Assembly: GCA_001643675.2 (NCBI GenBank) | Contig: LSRY02000048.1 | Span: forward strand, 310,001-374,000 | Direction: 5' to 3' | DNA: 64,000 bases | From: Monocercomonoides exilis PA203 | Taxonomy: Eukaryota; Protista; Preaxostyla | Notes under the pieces: generated by a model | Told to the model about the DNA's origin: nothing | What the model saw: only the letters and a program-made list of their open reading frames with translations | The model's database searches: none | Shown: positions 38,720-52,223 of the stretch, one piece after another | Layout of the letters: each line of letters starts with the position of its first letter | How positions within the stretch are numbered: the first letter of the stretch is position 1 | Made by a program: the position numbers and the translations under genes

Positions 38720-39640
38720 TAAATGGTGTATATTTTTATCTTTTTTTTTTTGAATGTTTTTGACATTTCATCATTTTTGACAAAAAAATATGAAAAAATA
38801 AAAATTTCTGAGCTTGTATTTTATTTATAGAATTATATATAACGATATCATGCAAATAAGATAATAATGCATTGATGTTCAAAAAAATTTGTCATTATAA
38901 TTTCAATTAAATATGAAAAAAGTATATTTGTAATTTGCAAAAATTGATGTGAACTTCATGAGCAGCAACATTTCAAAATGTTTTAACAAGGTGAATACTT
39001 AATGAAACCATTTTTCTTTTCATGCACATCATTTTTAATATGTAAAAAACAATGTACAGCTCATAATTTTCATTTTTTTATATTTTTTGTCAAAAATGAT
39101 GAAATGTGAAAAACATTCGAAAAAAGATAAAAACATAGAACATTTGGAATTATAAAACTTCATTATGTATGTTTTATGACATTGTAATTAAAAATAAACA
39201 AAGAAAGAGAGTTGGCTTGAAACGAGCAAAACAAATGATCAAAAAAAAATTAAAAATTCCTATGATCTTCATCAAAAACTAAAATTGTTTCAAAAATTGA
39301 AACAAATTTATTTTTTCACTATCATAAAACAGTAAAATTTAACAAATAAATATTTGTCTTTAAAATTTTTATCATCTATTTCTTCTGTTTCTACAATAAT
39401 AAAAATAACCGTGTTTATGATAATGTTCGGGTTTATAAATCACTTAATTCATTTTCTATATGAACATGAAATTTTTTGAAGAACAAGAAAAATTATCAAT
39501 TCTTCTTGTGATTAAATATTTTTTGAACTATGAGTAGGATGAAATTATGATTGGGAAAAAATTTTTTTGTTCCATGTGAAATGGATTACAAAAAGTCGTG
39601 TTTTAAAGTTTTCTTTCGTATTTACAGTACGCAAATGAGT

Positions 39641-42600
39641 TTATTCTTCCTGCATCAAAATGTTTTTCATCTTCATAGCATCAGTAAACATGCGCATCAT
39701 CATCGAGCAACTGACTTCCAGTGATTTTTCACGCTTTGCTAACGACACCGCTACAGACATCCACTTTTCCGCCTCAAAAAAGTTGTTTAGTTTATAATAA
39801 TATGCCCCATTGTTCCAAGATGTTGTCACAATCCACAGGAGCTCAACTTCTGGATAGCAGAAATCAAACGCTCTATTATCTTGATTGCATGAATCACGAA
39901 CAACATCACACTCTCTTTCCCTTTCTTCCTCCAATTGTTCCAAGATCTCTCCAACCTCGCAATACAATTCATAGGAATCTGATTTCTTCTCTTTTCCTTC
40001 AATGACTCTTCTTCTGTATTCCGCTCCTTTGGCAATCAGCTGCTTAATTCTCTCCTTTGCTGCTATCAAATCAGTTTCTATGCCCTTTTCTTGCTTTGTT
40101 TTCCATTTGGCGATTTCAACAGAATATTCTCTTTTGCATGCCTCCAGTGCATTTTCAAGAGCGCACTGGTGAATTTTCTCCAAATATTCTTCTTCTTCTT
40201 CTTCTTCTTCTTCGCCACTGCTGTTTCGAAATGCTATTTCTTCCTTGTGGTCTTCTTCAATGTCCATACGAGATTCCATTTCTGGTCTTCGTATTTGGAA
40301 AAGAGGGTTTCCGTCCTCTTGCCTTTTTTCCACGATCACTTTTCTGACCACTCCAGCCATTGTCTCGAACACTTTCTCATTCATTTTCAGCAGCTGTGCA
40401 TGTTTTATAACGTCTCGGGCCTCTTTCTTTCTCTTTGCCTCGAGCAATGCTTCAAACCGAAGAGTCAAAAGAAATGGAATCAGCTTATCTTCTTCTTCAA
40501 AGTGGCAGCAGAACTTTGTTCCGCTTCTGGAGACAGTTAGTTTTTGCTTTTCTCTCACTTTCAGACAAGAGTCGATATGCGATAGCACTTCCACTGCCAG
40601 AACTTCCTGTTTGTTATTCAGCCATGAATTAATTGAAAATAATACAAAAATATAAAAATTGGAATTCATAGGTTAATAGATAGAATAGTTAAAAAATACA
40701 TAAAACATTTGAATTAAAACGCAAAAACATTCAAATAATAACACAAACCACAGTTTTCATTGTCCCACTTCGCAGCGATTCCATAAGCGAAGACGCAATC
40801 ATCAGATGGCACACTCGCACTGACTCAAGCCGATCAATTTCCTCTTTTGCTGGTAGTCTTTCTTGGGTTCCCTTTGCTGTTAGATAGAACAAGCAGTCTT
40901 CAAACAGGCGCCCACACAGCGCAGAATCACTTCTCTGGCCAGCCTCTACACCTGCATTCCACACAAAGCTGCAAACCCAGTCAACAACTTCTTTGAGACT
41001 AAGCTCGTTTTCTTGGTAATTTTCTGGTTTTTTTTCCTCTGAGTCTGAAGAAACTGGTTCATAAACTTCATTTCTCGTAGGCGAAATGAATGAAGATGAA
41101 GGCAAATTGGCTTGAGATGGAGTTGAAGTGAATGGAGAGAAGAATGAAGAATTGGCATTAAGTGAAGAAGAAGAAGAAGAAGAAGAAGAAGAAGAAGAAG
41201 AAGAAGAAGAAGACAATGGCGATGTTGATGAGGACGATGATAGCGACCAAGAAGTAGAAGAAGCAGATGCAGAAGTAGAAGCAGAAGCAGAAGCAGAAAC
41301 AGAAGAAGAATTCAATGTTGAGATATTCATGCTCATTTTCTGTTCAGAAAAGAAATTACGTAAAGATGGTTGAAGTGCTTCAAGCACATTTTTCATTTCA
41401 TTGCTCAATTCCTTGATTTCATCAAGATTCCTGTGATTTGCCAATCAGAATGCAATAAAAATTAAAAAAAAAAAAACGCATAAATAAAAATATGCAATTG
41501 AAAAAAGTAAATTAAGGAGAAAAATGTTAATGCTCAATAAAAACTCCAACAAGAATAACTTCTTGGAGCACAAAAAATATGAAAAAAGCTACTCAAACCA
41601 TTTTGAAGCATCTTCTCGTCGAATTAGATGGAATAAATGAAAAATAGTCGTCACAATTTGTGTTAAAACTTTCTTTTTTGCCATTGCCTGCCTTTCTTCC
41701 GTCAAGTGTGTCTCTTCAATATGAGAAAGATGATTTATTTGCGACAACAAAAACTCTCGCAGTATCATTTGGCACTCGTTTATTTCCCCTTCTTTCTCGA
41801 ATTCGAGCGCCATGTTCTCCAAAATATCCATTCGAAGCGTCACATCCACAGAATCGTCCTGATGACTTGATGAAGATCCTGATGAAGCCTGAAAAACTTC
41901 TTTTTCAGAAAAGACTTCATTTTCATCGTCAACCATTTTCGTTGAGTTGTCTTCTAAATCTGATTTTTCATCATTTTTGCCAGTCAAAATGCTCCGCGCA
42001 ATTTGTTTCGCTTCCTCTTTTTTCCCCTCACGTAAAGCGATTTTCAGGAACAACAGCTGATTCAAAGGATTCTTTGGCTCAAGCGACACAGCAATGGCTG
42101 CTGCTTCTCGGGCTCTGTCAAAAGAATGACGCGCTTGCACAGGAATTGAAGGCGGTTCTGGAACAGGCAATGGAGATGCAACTGAAGCATTGGATGTGAT
42201 GGAGGATTCAGGTGTTTGAGAAGGCTCGCAATGCAAAAGGCAGAATGATAAGACTCGGTATGCATTTGCTTGAAAACTTCTAACAGAGTCTCGCGATGGA
42301 ATGTTTGAAAGACAATCATCCGCATTCTCGTTCTCTTTGTCTCTTTTCTCCCAAAAATAAGTATTGCCTTTGTTTTTATTTTTTTTTTCATTTGACTTTC
42401 CATCTTCTGTTGTATCTTCTTCATCACTGTCCAAGTTATTGCTTAACTTGGTAACAATTTCCATCAACCCATCACTCACATGAGCAGCATGCGAAGCAAA
42501 TAAGCTTGCCTTTGGATAATCAGCCAATTCAAATGCTTCGCTTGTTTCTTTCCACACAACGCTCAAAACATCGCACCACAATCGGCAGCGCTCACTTTCT

Positions 42601-44113
42601 TCAGAGGTATCAGACACTGCTGGGTTATCTTCAGCACTTAAAGGAGAAGAACATTTGGCTTTTTCATTCTTCATCATATCAACAACAACTGAAATTTGAG
42701 AGTCAACATCTTTCAATTCAAACGCTTCATCATCATCATTTTCTTTGTCCATTTTGTTGCTTTGCTTCCCAACTCGGTCGGATATGATTGATATGTAGCA
42801 TAGCTCCACCTTTATCAATTGGGAAAAGTCACTTGTACTCGAACAAAATAGACTGAAGAGTGATTGAAGAAGATCTCTATAAAAAATGAATTGAATCCAA
42901 AATCAAAAAAAGGAAATAAATTAAAAATATAAATACCTTTTGCAATCTTTCACTGATTGAAATGTCATCAACAAATATTCGAATTCGATGGCTTGCTTAT
43001 TTCCCAAAGCCGAATTGCTATTCTCTTTTTCTGAATCAACGGCATGTTTCTCATTTTCTTGCATTGAAGTGTTTTCCGAATCCATACGATTCAACCCATC
43101 AACTTTTTGTGATGCCTGTTTTTTCTCTTCCTCGATTTCATCTTCTTTTGAAGAGGCAAATTGATTTAGCATTCGCCTCCATGCATTTTCGGCTTCATTT
43201 TTTTTGTTCATCCAGCAAAATAATTGAAGTCCAGCTGACAAGCACTCCAAAGAACATTCTTTGTCAATCAGAGATCTTATCAGTCTTTCTGCTTCAGTCA
43301 CCGACACGTCAGAAATCGATAAATCTGGACTGTAGTCGTTATTGATGATGCTCCTCACAAGCAGACCAGCAACTCGTTCTTTTTGTTTCCTGCACTCAAA
43401 TGAATCGCTCTCAACCATTGAGATTAACTCTAAACATTTTCCTATCCAAAAACATCTTTCGGGTTCATGTCCCTCATCTTTTATTTTCCCACCAAATTCA
43501 AATGCAAAAGAAGCCAACTCTAACACATGATCGTTGTCATTTTTTACATTTTGCTCAAGATTTGAAAAAATGGATTTTGCTTCCGCTATCTTTCCTTCTA
43601 AATAAAATAGCTTCATTTGCGCAACAAATTTGTAAAAGAATGCGTTTTTCAACTCTTTTGGAATATTTTTTCGAGGGACTTCATACGATTCAGCAATCTT
43701 AAGCTGATCTTGACATCTTTGAAACATTGAAGCGGAAAGATATGCTGCAAAAGAATGAGTGAAAAACAACTATAAAAAACAGTATCAAAACCTTTAGCAG
43801 TTTTTATTCCTAGAGAAAATAAGTGATCTTTTTCTTCAAGAGAAGAATCACTTGAAAGTCTAAAAAATGTGAAAGAAAGATAACGTAATTCTGCTATCAT
43901 TGATTCTTTTCCTTTTCTTCCATCAAGCTCAAGTTTAACTGATTCATTCCATATGTCGCAGCCCCGTTGTCTGAATTCTATTTCGAGTTCTTTTGAACGA
44001 ACAACATACAAAGATGGCAAAAGTTCTGACAGTTGATAAATATTTTCTGGTGATGAGGACACAAGAGCATTTGAAGATGTTGCACAAAGCACCTCATCTA
44101 AGCTGTGAAACAT
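39641..44113 (-). CDS. ZIP4: Meiotic ZMM TPR protein ZIP4/SPO22/TEX11-like, about 5 exons
   Basis: ORFs 43649-44113, 42921-43769, 41589-42818, 40731-41444 and 39641-40669 join through GT-AG introns (~43791-43745, ~42936-42879, ~41593-41431, ~40750-40608). N-terminal GCDIWN..LRYLSF..LGIKTAKAYL; internal WDVLSVVW..AFE..DY..A and VWNAG; C-terminal YPEVELLWIVTTSWNNG..AEKWMSVA resembles the TEX11/ZIP4 C-terminal motif. Confidence 0.82.
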
Positions 44114-44728
44114 TTTCCAAAAGCAAATAAGTCATGAGAATTTTTTGCCGGTCAAAATTCAAAAAAATTAATTTACTCTTTGATCAATTCATATTTTTAA
44201 TCGGTGTTCAAATCAGACTTTTTATTAAATGCAAATAATAAGCATGTAAAAGAAATAATGTTGTAAGCAAATTGAATCATAACAACAAAATGAATAAAAG
44301 ACTCATCTCTTCAGAAAAGAAATATATAAATAATTGATAAATTGAGTGCAATAAACAAAACATATTGAGTCGGTAATCACTATTAACTCAAAATAAAGAT
44401 CAAAAACTTAAAATAAAATGAAAAGTGCAAACAACAAAATTCCTTTATTTTTACTATTCTTAGCAAAATGTCATTAGTGAAACAATTATGATCAGATTTG
44501 ATAATTCAGAAACATTTACAATTCATTATACATTTCAACAACTCAATAAAATTAAACGAAACTTACGAAATAAAATAAAATAATGATAAAAATAAAGAAA
44601 AAAATAAAAAATAAAAATTATTTTTGTTATTCCCATCATTTTCATCATCATAACATTGAAACATTATTCCATTAATTAATAAATTTTTTATTTAAATCAA
44701 TCATTTCATTTACGCTCATTTAAAAAAA

Positions 44729-44811
44729 TAAGAAAGAAAGAAAGAAAAAGAGAAAGAAAGAAAGAAAAAGAAAGAAAGAAAAAGAAAGAAAGAAAAAGAA
44801 AGAAAGAAAAA

Positions 44812-44883
<72 letters not shown>

Positions 44884-44885
44884 GA

Positions 44886-44934
<49 letters not shown>

Positions 44935-44962
44935 AGAGAGAAAGAGAAAGAGAGAAAGAGAA
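44729..44962. repeat. Compound (GAAA)n/(GA)n polypurine microsatellite immediately 3' of the Trk stop codon
   Basis: Read directly. Confidence 0.95.
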
Positions 44963-44965
44963 ATG

Positions 44966-45659
44966 CTATAGCAAAGCATCGTCCAGCTGAGAAGTATTTT
45001 CAAAGCTTGGCTTGATGATGTGTGGAAGAGGTTGGGGTGGGTGTTGTGAAGAAGAAGAAGAGGAAGAGGAAGAAGAAGAAGAAGAAGAAGAAGAAGAAGA
45101 GGGGGAAGAGGAAGAAGAGGAAGAAGAAGAAGTTGGTTGATGTGACGAATAATCCTCTGTTTGAATTGCAGGTGATATGTCAGACGAGAAAGCAGAAGAG
45201 GAAGAGGAAGAGGAAGAGGAAGAGGAAGGAGAAGAAGAAGAAGATGATGAAGAGGAAGAGGAAGAGGAAGAGGAAGAAGAGGAAGAAAGAGAAGAAGAAG
45301 GAAAAGAAGAATAATTATAACCAGAAGAAGAAGAACCAGAAGAAGAAGAAGAAGAAGAAGGTATCAAAGGAATCGATTCTTCAACCTCCACCGATTCAAA
45401 TAGCTTCGGTGAATCACTTCCATTTCCTCCTCTTTCTCCTCTTTCTCCTCTTTTCATAGATTTCATTGATTTCAGTGACTTTAGCGACATTTTCACTGAT
45501 TTCTTCTTCTGGTTTTTCTTCTGCTCGCTCAGAACCATCGGCACTTTGTCTGAAGAATAGATGATGTGGTCGAAGGAGACAGGAATTGTGATGATCCCTT
45601 TGAAGTCGATGGCTGAATCTTGGGAGGAGGGGATTTCTCGGTGTTTGCCTGGAAAAAGG

Positions 45660-45736
<77 letters not shown>

Positions 45737-45944
45737 GAGAAAGAGAGAGAGAGAAAGAGAGAAAGAGAGAGAGAGAGAGAGGAGGAGGAGGAGGAGGAGG
45801 AAAAGGTTTAGAAAGAGATAGTTGATGTGTTGTAGAAAAAAAAACATAAAAAATTAATGAAATTGATTTAATAAAGAAAAAGAAATTTATATATATATTA
45901 TTCATTCATTCACTTTTCATTCATTCATTCATTCTTTCTTTCTT

Positions 45945-45975
<31 letters not shown>

Positions 45976-46652
45976 CTTTCACACAAAATAACACAAAATC
46001 TCGCAATTACTCATAAAAAAAGAAAAGAAAAAAAAAAAAAAAAAAAAAAAGAAAGAAAGAAAGAAAGAAAAATTTCCCCCTTCCCCAACACATACCCATG
46101 AACATGATAATAATGAAGAAAGCCTTCGACCACTGCGAAAACGGCGCCTGATCATCGTCCAAGATCGAAGCACACCCTGTCGACAGTCCCACATTCCCAT
46201 ACGCCGAGCACAAGTCAAACACCACTGTAAACCCGCTGAACACTTGCTCAATGATCTTCTTGTTCTCTATCCAAAACACCGCAAACACTGAAATCACCAG
46301 CCACCACAGGTCGCGCGCTTCGGTTGTGTCTTGCTGCGCTCTGAAGAACTTCGCGCAGAAACTCAAGGCAATCTTCCATTTCGCCAGGTTTGTCCGCTTT
46401 TTCGGCCTTTGCAGGGCTAATTTGGATTCGGATGGGTTGATGGAGCCGATGGAAGGGGCGATATGAGCATCAGATTCGACGGAAATGGCACTGGAATCAG
46501 AAGAAGTTGAAGAAGAGGAAGAGAAAGAAGAAGATGAGAATGAAGATGAATAAGAAGAAGAAGAAGAAGAAGATGATGATGATGATGATGAAGGATCCTG
46601 TCTTCGCGCATACAGAACTGGTTCAGAAAGAAGAGAAGATGAAGAGGAAGAA

Positions 46653-46685
<33 letters not shown>

Positions 46686-48916
46686 TGCAGTATATCATCT
46701 TGAATCTGCCTTCCTTCTTTCAAACCAGCTTCTTCTTCTTCTTCTCTCTTCTCACTCATTTTTTCATCTGAATGCACCAACACTCCATCCATCTTCGATG
46801 ACTTGTCTGCTGCTGATGAAATTTCAGAGGACATTTCTTCCTTCTCATCCATCCAATGTGCTCCTGCATTGCTTAGTGCACGTGAGCCGCTGGATTTCGA
46901 ATGATGGCTGCTGCTGCTGCTTCTGTGATTAACTTGATTATTATTATTATTATTATTAAGATCCCTTTCTCTTCTGCTTCCTCTTCTTCTGTCACTTCTT
47001 AAACTGCTGCGATGTTTGTGCATCCCCCCGTGTTGATAGCCACTTGCTGCCATTTGCATAGCGCCTGCTGCATTTGACTGCGCAGGAGAAGGCGATGTGG
47101 CAGGAGTGGAAGAGAACGAAGGGTATGTGGAAGGCTCACGGGAAGGAGAAAAAGAAGGGGAATAAGAAGGAGAAGGAGACGGAGTTGGCGAAGGGGAGAG
47201 AGAAAGAGAAGGCGAAGGAGACGGAGAAGGAGAGAGGGAGGGAGAGGGAGAAGGGGAAGGAGAAGGCGAAACATTGCGTGCCGGCGTGGACTGCAGCAAA
47301 AGATGGCCAGACGAGCCCATCACTCGCCTGGACTTGAGGCTGCGTGAAGATCCTGTGCGCATTCTCGCACCCGAGCCACTGCCAAACCCGCTGCCTCCTC
47401 CACTGGCCCCATAACCCCCATAACCCCCACTTCCCCCGCTGCTGTTGTTGATGCTCCTCAAACGGGATGTGTCGTTTGCAGACGCCGATGCGTCGTCTGA
47501 TATGTTCGTGGCAGAGGATTTCAATGCATAGATGAACGGGTAAGGGCCGAAGAACATGCAGACGGTGAAGAGCCACAGCGTGCCCATGTTCAGCGAGGCG
47601 CAGTCGAGGACGCTGTGTCCGCACGCGCGCACGTTGATGGCCTGCACAAAGGCAATCATCATCCGCTGCCACACATTCACCTGCTCCGCGGGCACTGTTG
47701 TCAAACCCCCCAGCATGTTGCTGTAGTCGAGGCACATCTGCGGGATGAAGCAGGCGAAGAAGAATACGAACCAGAAGAGCGTGAGCGTGCGTGTCTCGAC
47801 TGAAGAGAAGAGGTGGGTGTAGCACTGACGGCTCCGCGTCTGCAGGAAGTGGTAGAGAGGGCGGTTTGGCCCTCCGCGCGCCTTCACGACTTCGATGAGC
47901 AGGCGGAAGAGGATCGGGAAAAGCGTGTTGCCCGCAGCGATCAGCAGCCCGATGGGGAACAGCAGCGCCGAGTGGTGCCGCAGCTGCGAGAGCCCACCCT
48001 CAGCGATGCAGATGCCGGCGTTGTTGAAGCTGGAGATGGTTGTGGTGACAGCGAAAAAGATGGGAGATATTTCGCTTCCGTCTTCGATCTCGAGCAGACC
48101 CTTTGACGAAACTGCCCAGACAAACAGCCAGATGATCCCAAATGCATACCACAACAGAATGTAAATTATTACGAATATGATAATCTTCCCCATTACAGCA
48201 TATTCATAAACAGATTTATACAATGGCTCATCGCATATCAAGAATCGCTCTTGATCAACTGATTGATTGTATGAAGCATTATCTTCACTAATTGAAACTT
48301 TAAAATGCCCTTGAGGAATAGCATTTTGCTTTAAAATGTGATGTACTTTAGCATCGGAGTGTGTGTGATGAGAATGCCCTGAAGAATTTGAGTGATGACT
48401 GTTCCAGTGATGGCGCCTTGGTTTCAAAATTGCTGCATTTGGATCAGTCCACGGAACTTTTATTCCATTTGGATGATCTTCGTCTTTATAATAAAAAATG
48501 CGATCATCATATCCCGTCGGCGCTGAAGGATCAATCCAAATTTTTCTTCGATGCATTTTCAGATTCTGTTTAATTTGATAACGTCTAATACACACAGGCA
48601 CAAGCGAAAGCATAACTCCACTGCCAAGTTGGGTGAGAATAATCAATAGTACTTGAGATGAAGCGTGAAGTTTCGCGAAATCAAGAGTCATAAATCCAGT
48701 TTCTGTAATTGCTGAGAGCGAGCAATAAAGACAATCCAAATAGGTATGAGGTGATCCACGACTTGCTGCACTGTTGTATCTCTCGATAATATACAGCACT
48801 ATTGCAAATAACAGTGAGCATAACAAAATGTAACTCATGTGCAAAATAATGTACCTAAATAGAAAGTTTTTAACCCCATTTAATATTCTCATAGCAATTT
48901 TGCTTTTTCCTTTCAT
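44966..48916 (-). CDS. Trk/HKT/KtrB-superfamily K+ transporter with long low-complexity loops (2 exons; 5' end uncertain)
   Basis: Four MPM pore motifs: SAITETGF, SSFNNAGI, NVRACGHS, SAYGNVGLS. An intron at ~46096-45649 (GTATGT...CCAG) joins IIMFMG to KHREIPSSQDSAIDF, matching the Trk C-terminal GRHRGLP..DRAI motif. Stop is TAG at 44966-44968. Confidence 0.92.
45652..46072. repeat. Microsatellite-filled intron of the Trk gene: (GA)n, (GGA)n, (TTCA)n, (TC)n, poly-A, (GAAA)n
   Basis: Read directly. Confidence 0.9.
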
Positions 48917-49789
48917 CTCCTTCAACTTTTTCCCGTTATATGTTTTGGGAACAACAGAGAAAAATATATTAATAAAAAAATTATTGTTTTGATTGCTGAT
49001 CTTTTCTGATCATAAAGGAATGATGGTTTTTTTTTTTTTTTTGAACATTTTTTGAATATATAAATGGCTCGCTTTTTCTTGGGAAAGTCTTTATTAGGCC
49101 TTTGTGACAAGGAACAATGAGCGATTTGCGTCGGTCAGAAGAACAAACCTCTGTCGATGGTTTTCTTTTTTTTTTTTTTTTTTTTTTAAACAATAATTTG
49201 TTATACAAAATAAATATTTTTCGACTTTCATTTCAGACTTGCGTCTGCTCTTCATTTTGACTCGATTATTGTGTTTGAGCGCATTCTCACAAGTCTGAGA
49301 AGTCAAGCGTTTTAAACTTTCATGAAACTTTTTTTTCAATAACTTTATTCAAACAGACTTTCAACGAAAATGAAATTAAATTACTTTAACAAAAAGCTGA
49401 TTATTGAAAATATTCTAATTCATTTCAGATTTACTGAATAAATGAAAAAAAAGAAAAATTAGTTTTTATTGTCAGTATTCGTTCCATTCTGTTTGTTCCT
49501 AACTTTCTGCTTCCTCAAACGATCTATCTGAAGCAAAGCAAGCCGAATGATGCCAGCAAGCAACAATTTAACATCGTTAATGCATATTAAGAACAATTGG
49601 AAGATTTATATTTGTTGTTGAATTGATTAAAAATATGTAACTTTTTCAATAAATAAAAAAAACGAAAAATTACTTGAAAGGAATTTGTTACAGAACAAGA
49701 TTTGAGATCACAAGAAGTTGTTATTATTGCTTCGATTCATCCAAGATAGATGCAAACAATGCAGACCAAAGAGGATAATTAGTTGACTC

Positions 49790-51650
49790 TAAAGGGAATA
49801 AGAGAAAGATAATGATGAATTACTGGAGTCCTTGTGAAGATTGACGTTCTTGTTTAGCAGTTCCACTGAATCAGATAGAATTGGATTGCCTTTTGAAGAA
49901 TGGTTCTTGCTATAGTGAAGATCGATAGCATTGATAGGGAATTTGACAAGTAACTGGAAGTGATATCCGATATTGCAATAAAGCAGTGAATGGCAATATT
50001 GAGAATTCACAGGATTGAAAAGAATTCTGAATGCTGGTGTAATACGAAGTTTGATCGAAGGATCTGGGCTGAGAGGAGTTTTGAAGAGAAGCTTCAGGTG
50101 TGCTGTTAGTGCATCTTATTCGTGTTAACAATTGAGTCACTTCTTCAGTCAATTTAACTTTTCTATGTCATTCTGAAAAAAGTGTCTCAAACAGAACAAA
50201 AAATTCTCCTTTTCCTTCAGTCAAATGCTGATGCCTGCTTGCTTCTGCTGCAAAGAAGCATGACAAAAACGAAGGCAGCCATCAAATTAAAATGTGACGT
50301 GCTCATTTCGAGAGATCTACGATTACAAGAAGATGCATGTGGTGAAATATTAAGTGATCTTCTTCATCTGTTGAATTGGGATGCACATGCATGTTCTGCG
50401 AATTCTTTGATAGCCCAAAAGCTTTAAAATAAAGTTATGCAGCTGTTTTGTGGATGAAAGAACAGAAGATAAGACAGATGAAACAGTTGTTGTTCCGAAT
50501 GTGTTTAAATGAACTTTTCCATCCTTCTGAATCGATAAACAAGCAGTTGCCTGGTAAGTTGTTAAAGTTAAAGAGATTCTGTTCATCATATATTGAGAAT
50601 TGAGTTCGCCAAACTGAAAAGGCTTATCTTTCCATATTGATCGTTCTGTTCAAACGGAAGAATGTTTTTGGCCTTTCCCCGCAGAGCAGTGTTACACTTG
50701 TGCTGTCTTCGTTGCTTTTGTCTCTTCTTCTCAGTCTGCTTCCATCCTTCCTGCTCTCGAACAGCAATATTTTTATAACTTAAATCTTTATCTCATTTTG
50801 ATTTACTGTTCTCTTTCTCTCCCCTAGCATCCACCTTCTTCACCAGATGCTTGCAAAGTCCAAAAAGCTCTTCTTCACCAAGGAGATGTCAATGTTCCAC
50901 AGCACAAGCATTCTGTTAGTCAATGTTTTTGAATGTATGGATGGAGTTGTGAATAACATACAATCATATTTTCCTTGTGCCTGCCACGTGCGATGGTTTG
51001 TGAAAGCGCACTCATGGAATAGGTTCGTACGAATGAATATTCAAGAAGATTGATACCATTGGGAAGATTGAGAAGGAGGAGAAATAATCTTTTAATAACA
51101 TGTCGCATCCTGATTATTCACAAAAAAGGTGCTCCTCTGTCCTTTCTCCTTCCGCTCGTCCTTCAGGTGCGTAATGAGTACACTTTGTCCTTTCTCAACC
51201 TCCTCCTTCGAGCTCTTCTTTGCTCCATTAAGAATAAAATTGAACTTATAGAAGATAGAAAGTCTTTCGCAGAGTTGATTGATTCGTTGATGCGCGATTC
51301 GTAATGTTATTCGAGTGTTAGCTGCAGGTCTTCGCATTAGTGCACATAGAGCTGTCCAATGAAGGTGAAGATGAGGCGCATGCTTGATGGAGTGAGCAAG
51401 TGTTCCACTCATTGCTTATGTGATGCTTGGTGTGAGAATGGATATTCATCGCCCAGAATAGCACCTGCATAATTGTTCGTGATGAAGATTGTTCCATAGC
51501 ATAAGCTGCTGATAAATCTTCTTTTACTCGGGTCGAGGCATTCACAAAGAGGCGAATCGAAAAGCGAAAGAGAAAAATGGTGGACCATTTGCATCACTAT
51601 CAAATTTCACACATTCATCACGCTGTTTGCGCAGAATGTGATGAATTTGT
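49790..51650 (-). pseudogene. Heavily decayed coding remnant, product unknown
   Basis: GC-richer than its flanks, with a chain of short overlapping minus-strand ORFs and no recognisable domain. Confidence 0.3.
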
Positions 51651-52223
51651 TTCGAAAAGATATGTTGACAATGGTAATTTTGAGCGTTTTGTTTAATAAA
51701 CAATCGCTAAAAAAAAGATCGATGGGTCACCGCATGAACTTTCGCTTTCCAAATATCACTATTTCTTTCCTCTTCTCCATCTCTTTTTCATCCCTATCAT
51801 ACGTTTTTCCCCTTAAACTCTTTTCTCTCTTTTTTATTTATTCATTCTTATTATTTTTTCTTTGTAATAATAAATGAGAATGCAAGGCTTTCAATGAAAA
51901 GATGGAGGAATTTTTTGGAACACATTTTCTTTTCTCCTCTTTTTTTAATATTTAAAAAGAAATTATGCTCCATATTAATATTCTAGCATCCCATGTCCAT
52001 ATTATGGTTTGTTCGATCAATAAACGATTGATTTTCAAAATACTAGTGTGTAACAAACAATTACAGCTATTCCTCACTTTCATTTTTGCTTCTAATTTAT
52101 CCAAAGCACAGCATTTGAAATTGAAGTTGCTTAATTTTTATTTTGTGAGATAAATAAAGATGTTTGTGTTTTTCGATTAACTCGTTCATATTTGAAATTC
52201 ATTTCATATGTTTAGAATATTCA

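Larger units (their letters stand above)
37271..39287. repeat. Long near-perfect palindrome (foldback-like): arms 37271-38186 and 38328-39287, 141-bp spacer
   Basis: The arms read as reverse complements throughout (e.g. GATCACTGGCTGAGCGTCAGAAAGTG / CACTTTCTGACGCTCAGCCAGTGATC). The 44-bp length difference equals two extra 22-bp tandem units in the right arm. Confidence 0.95.

Noticed and set aside
44716-45905. Poly-K/R, RE-repeat and FLSF-repeat ORFs
   Set aside because: These are translations of microsatellites, or of the antisense strand of the Ser-rich Trk exon.
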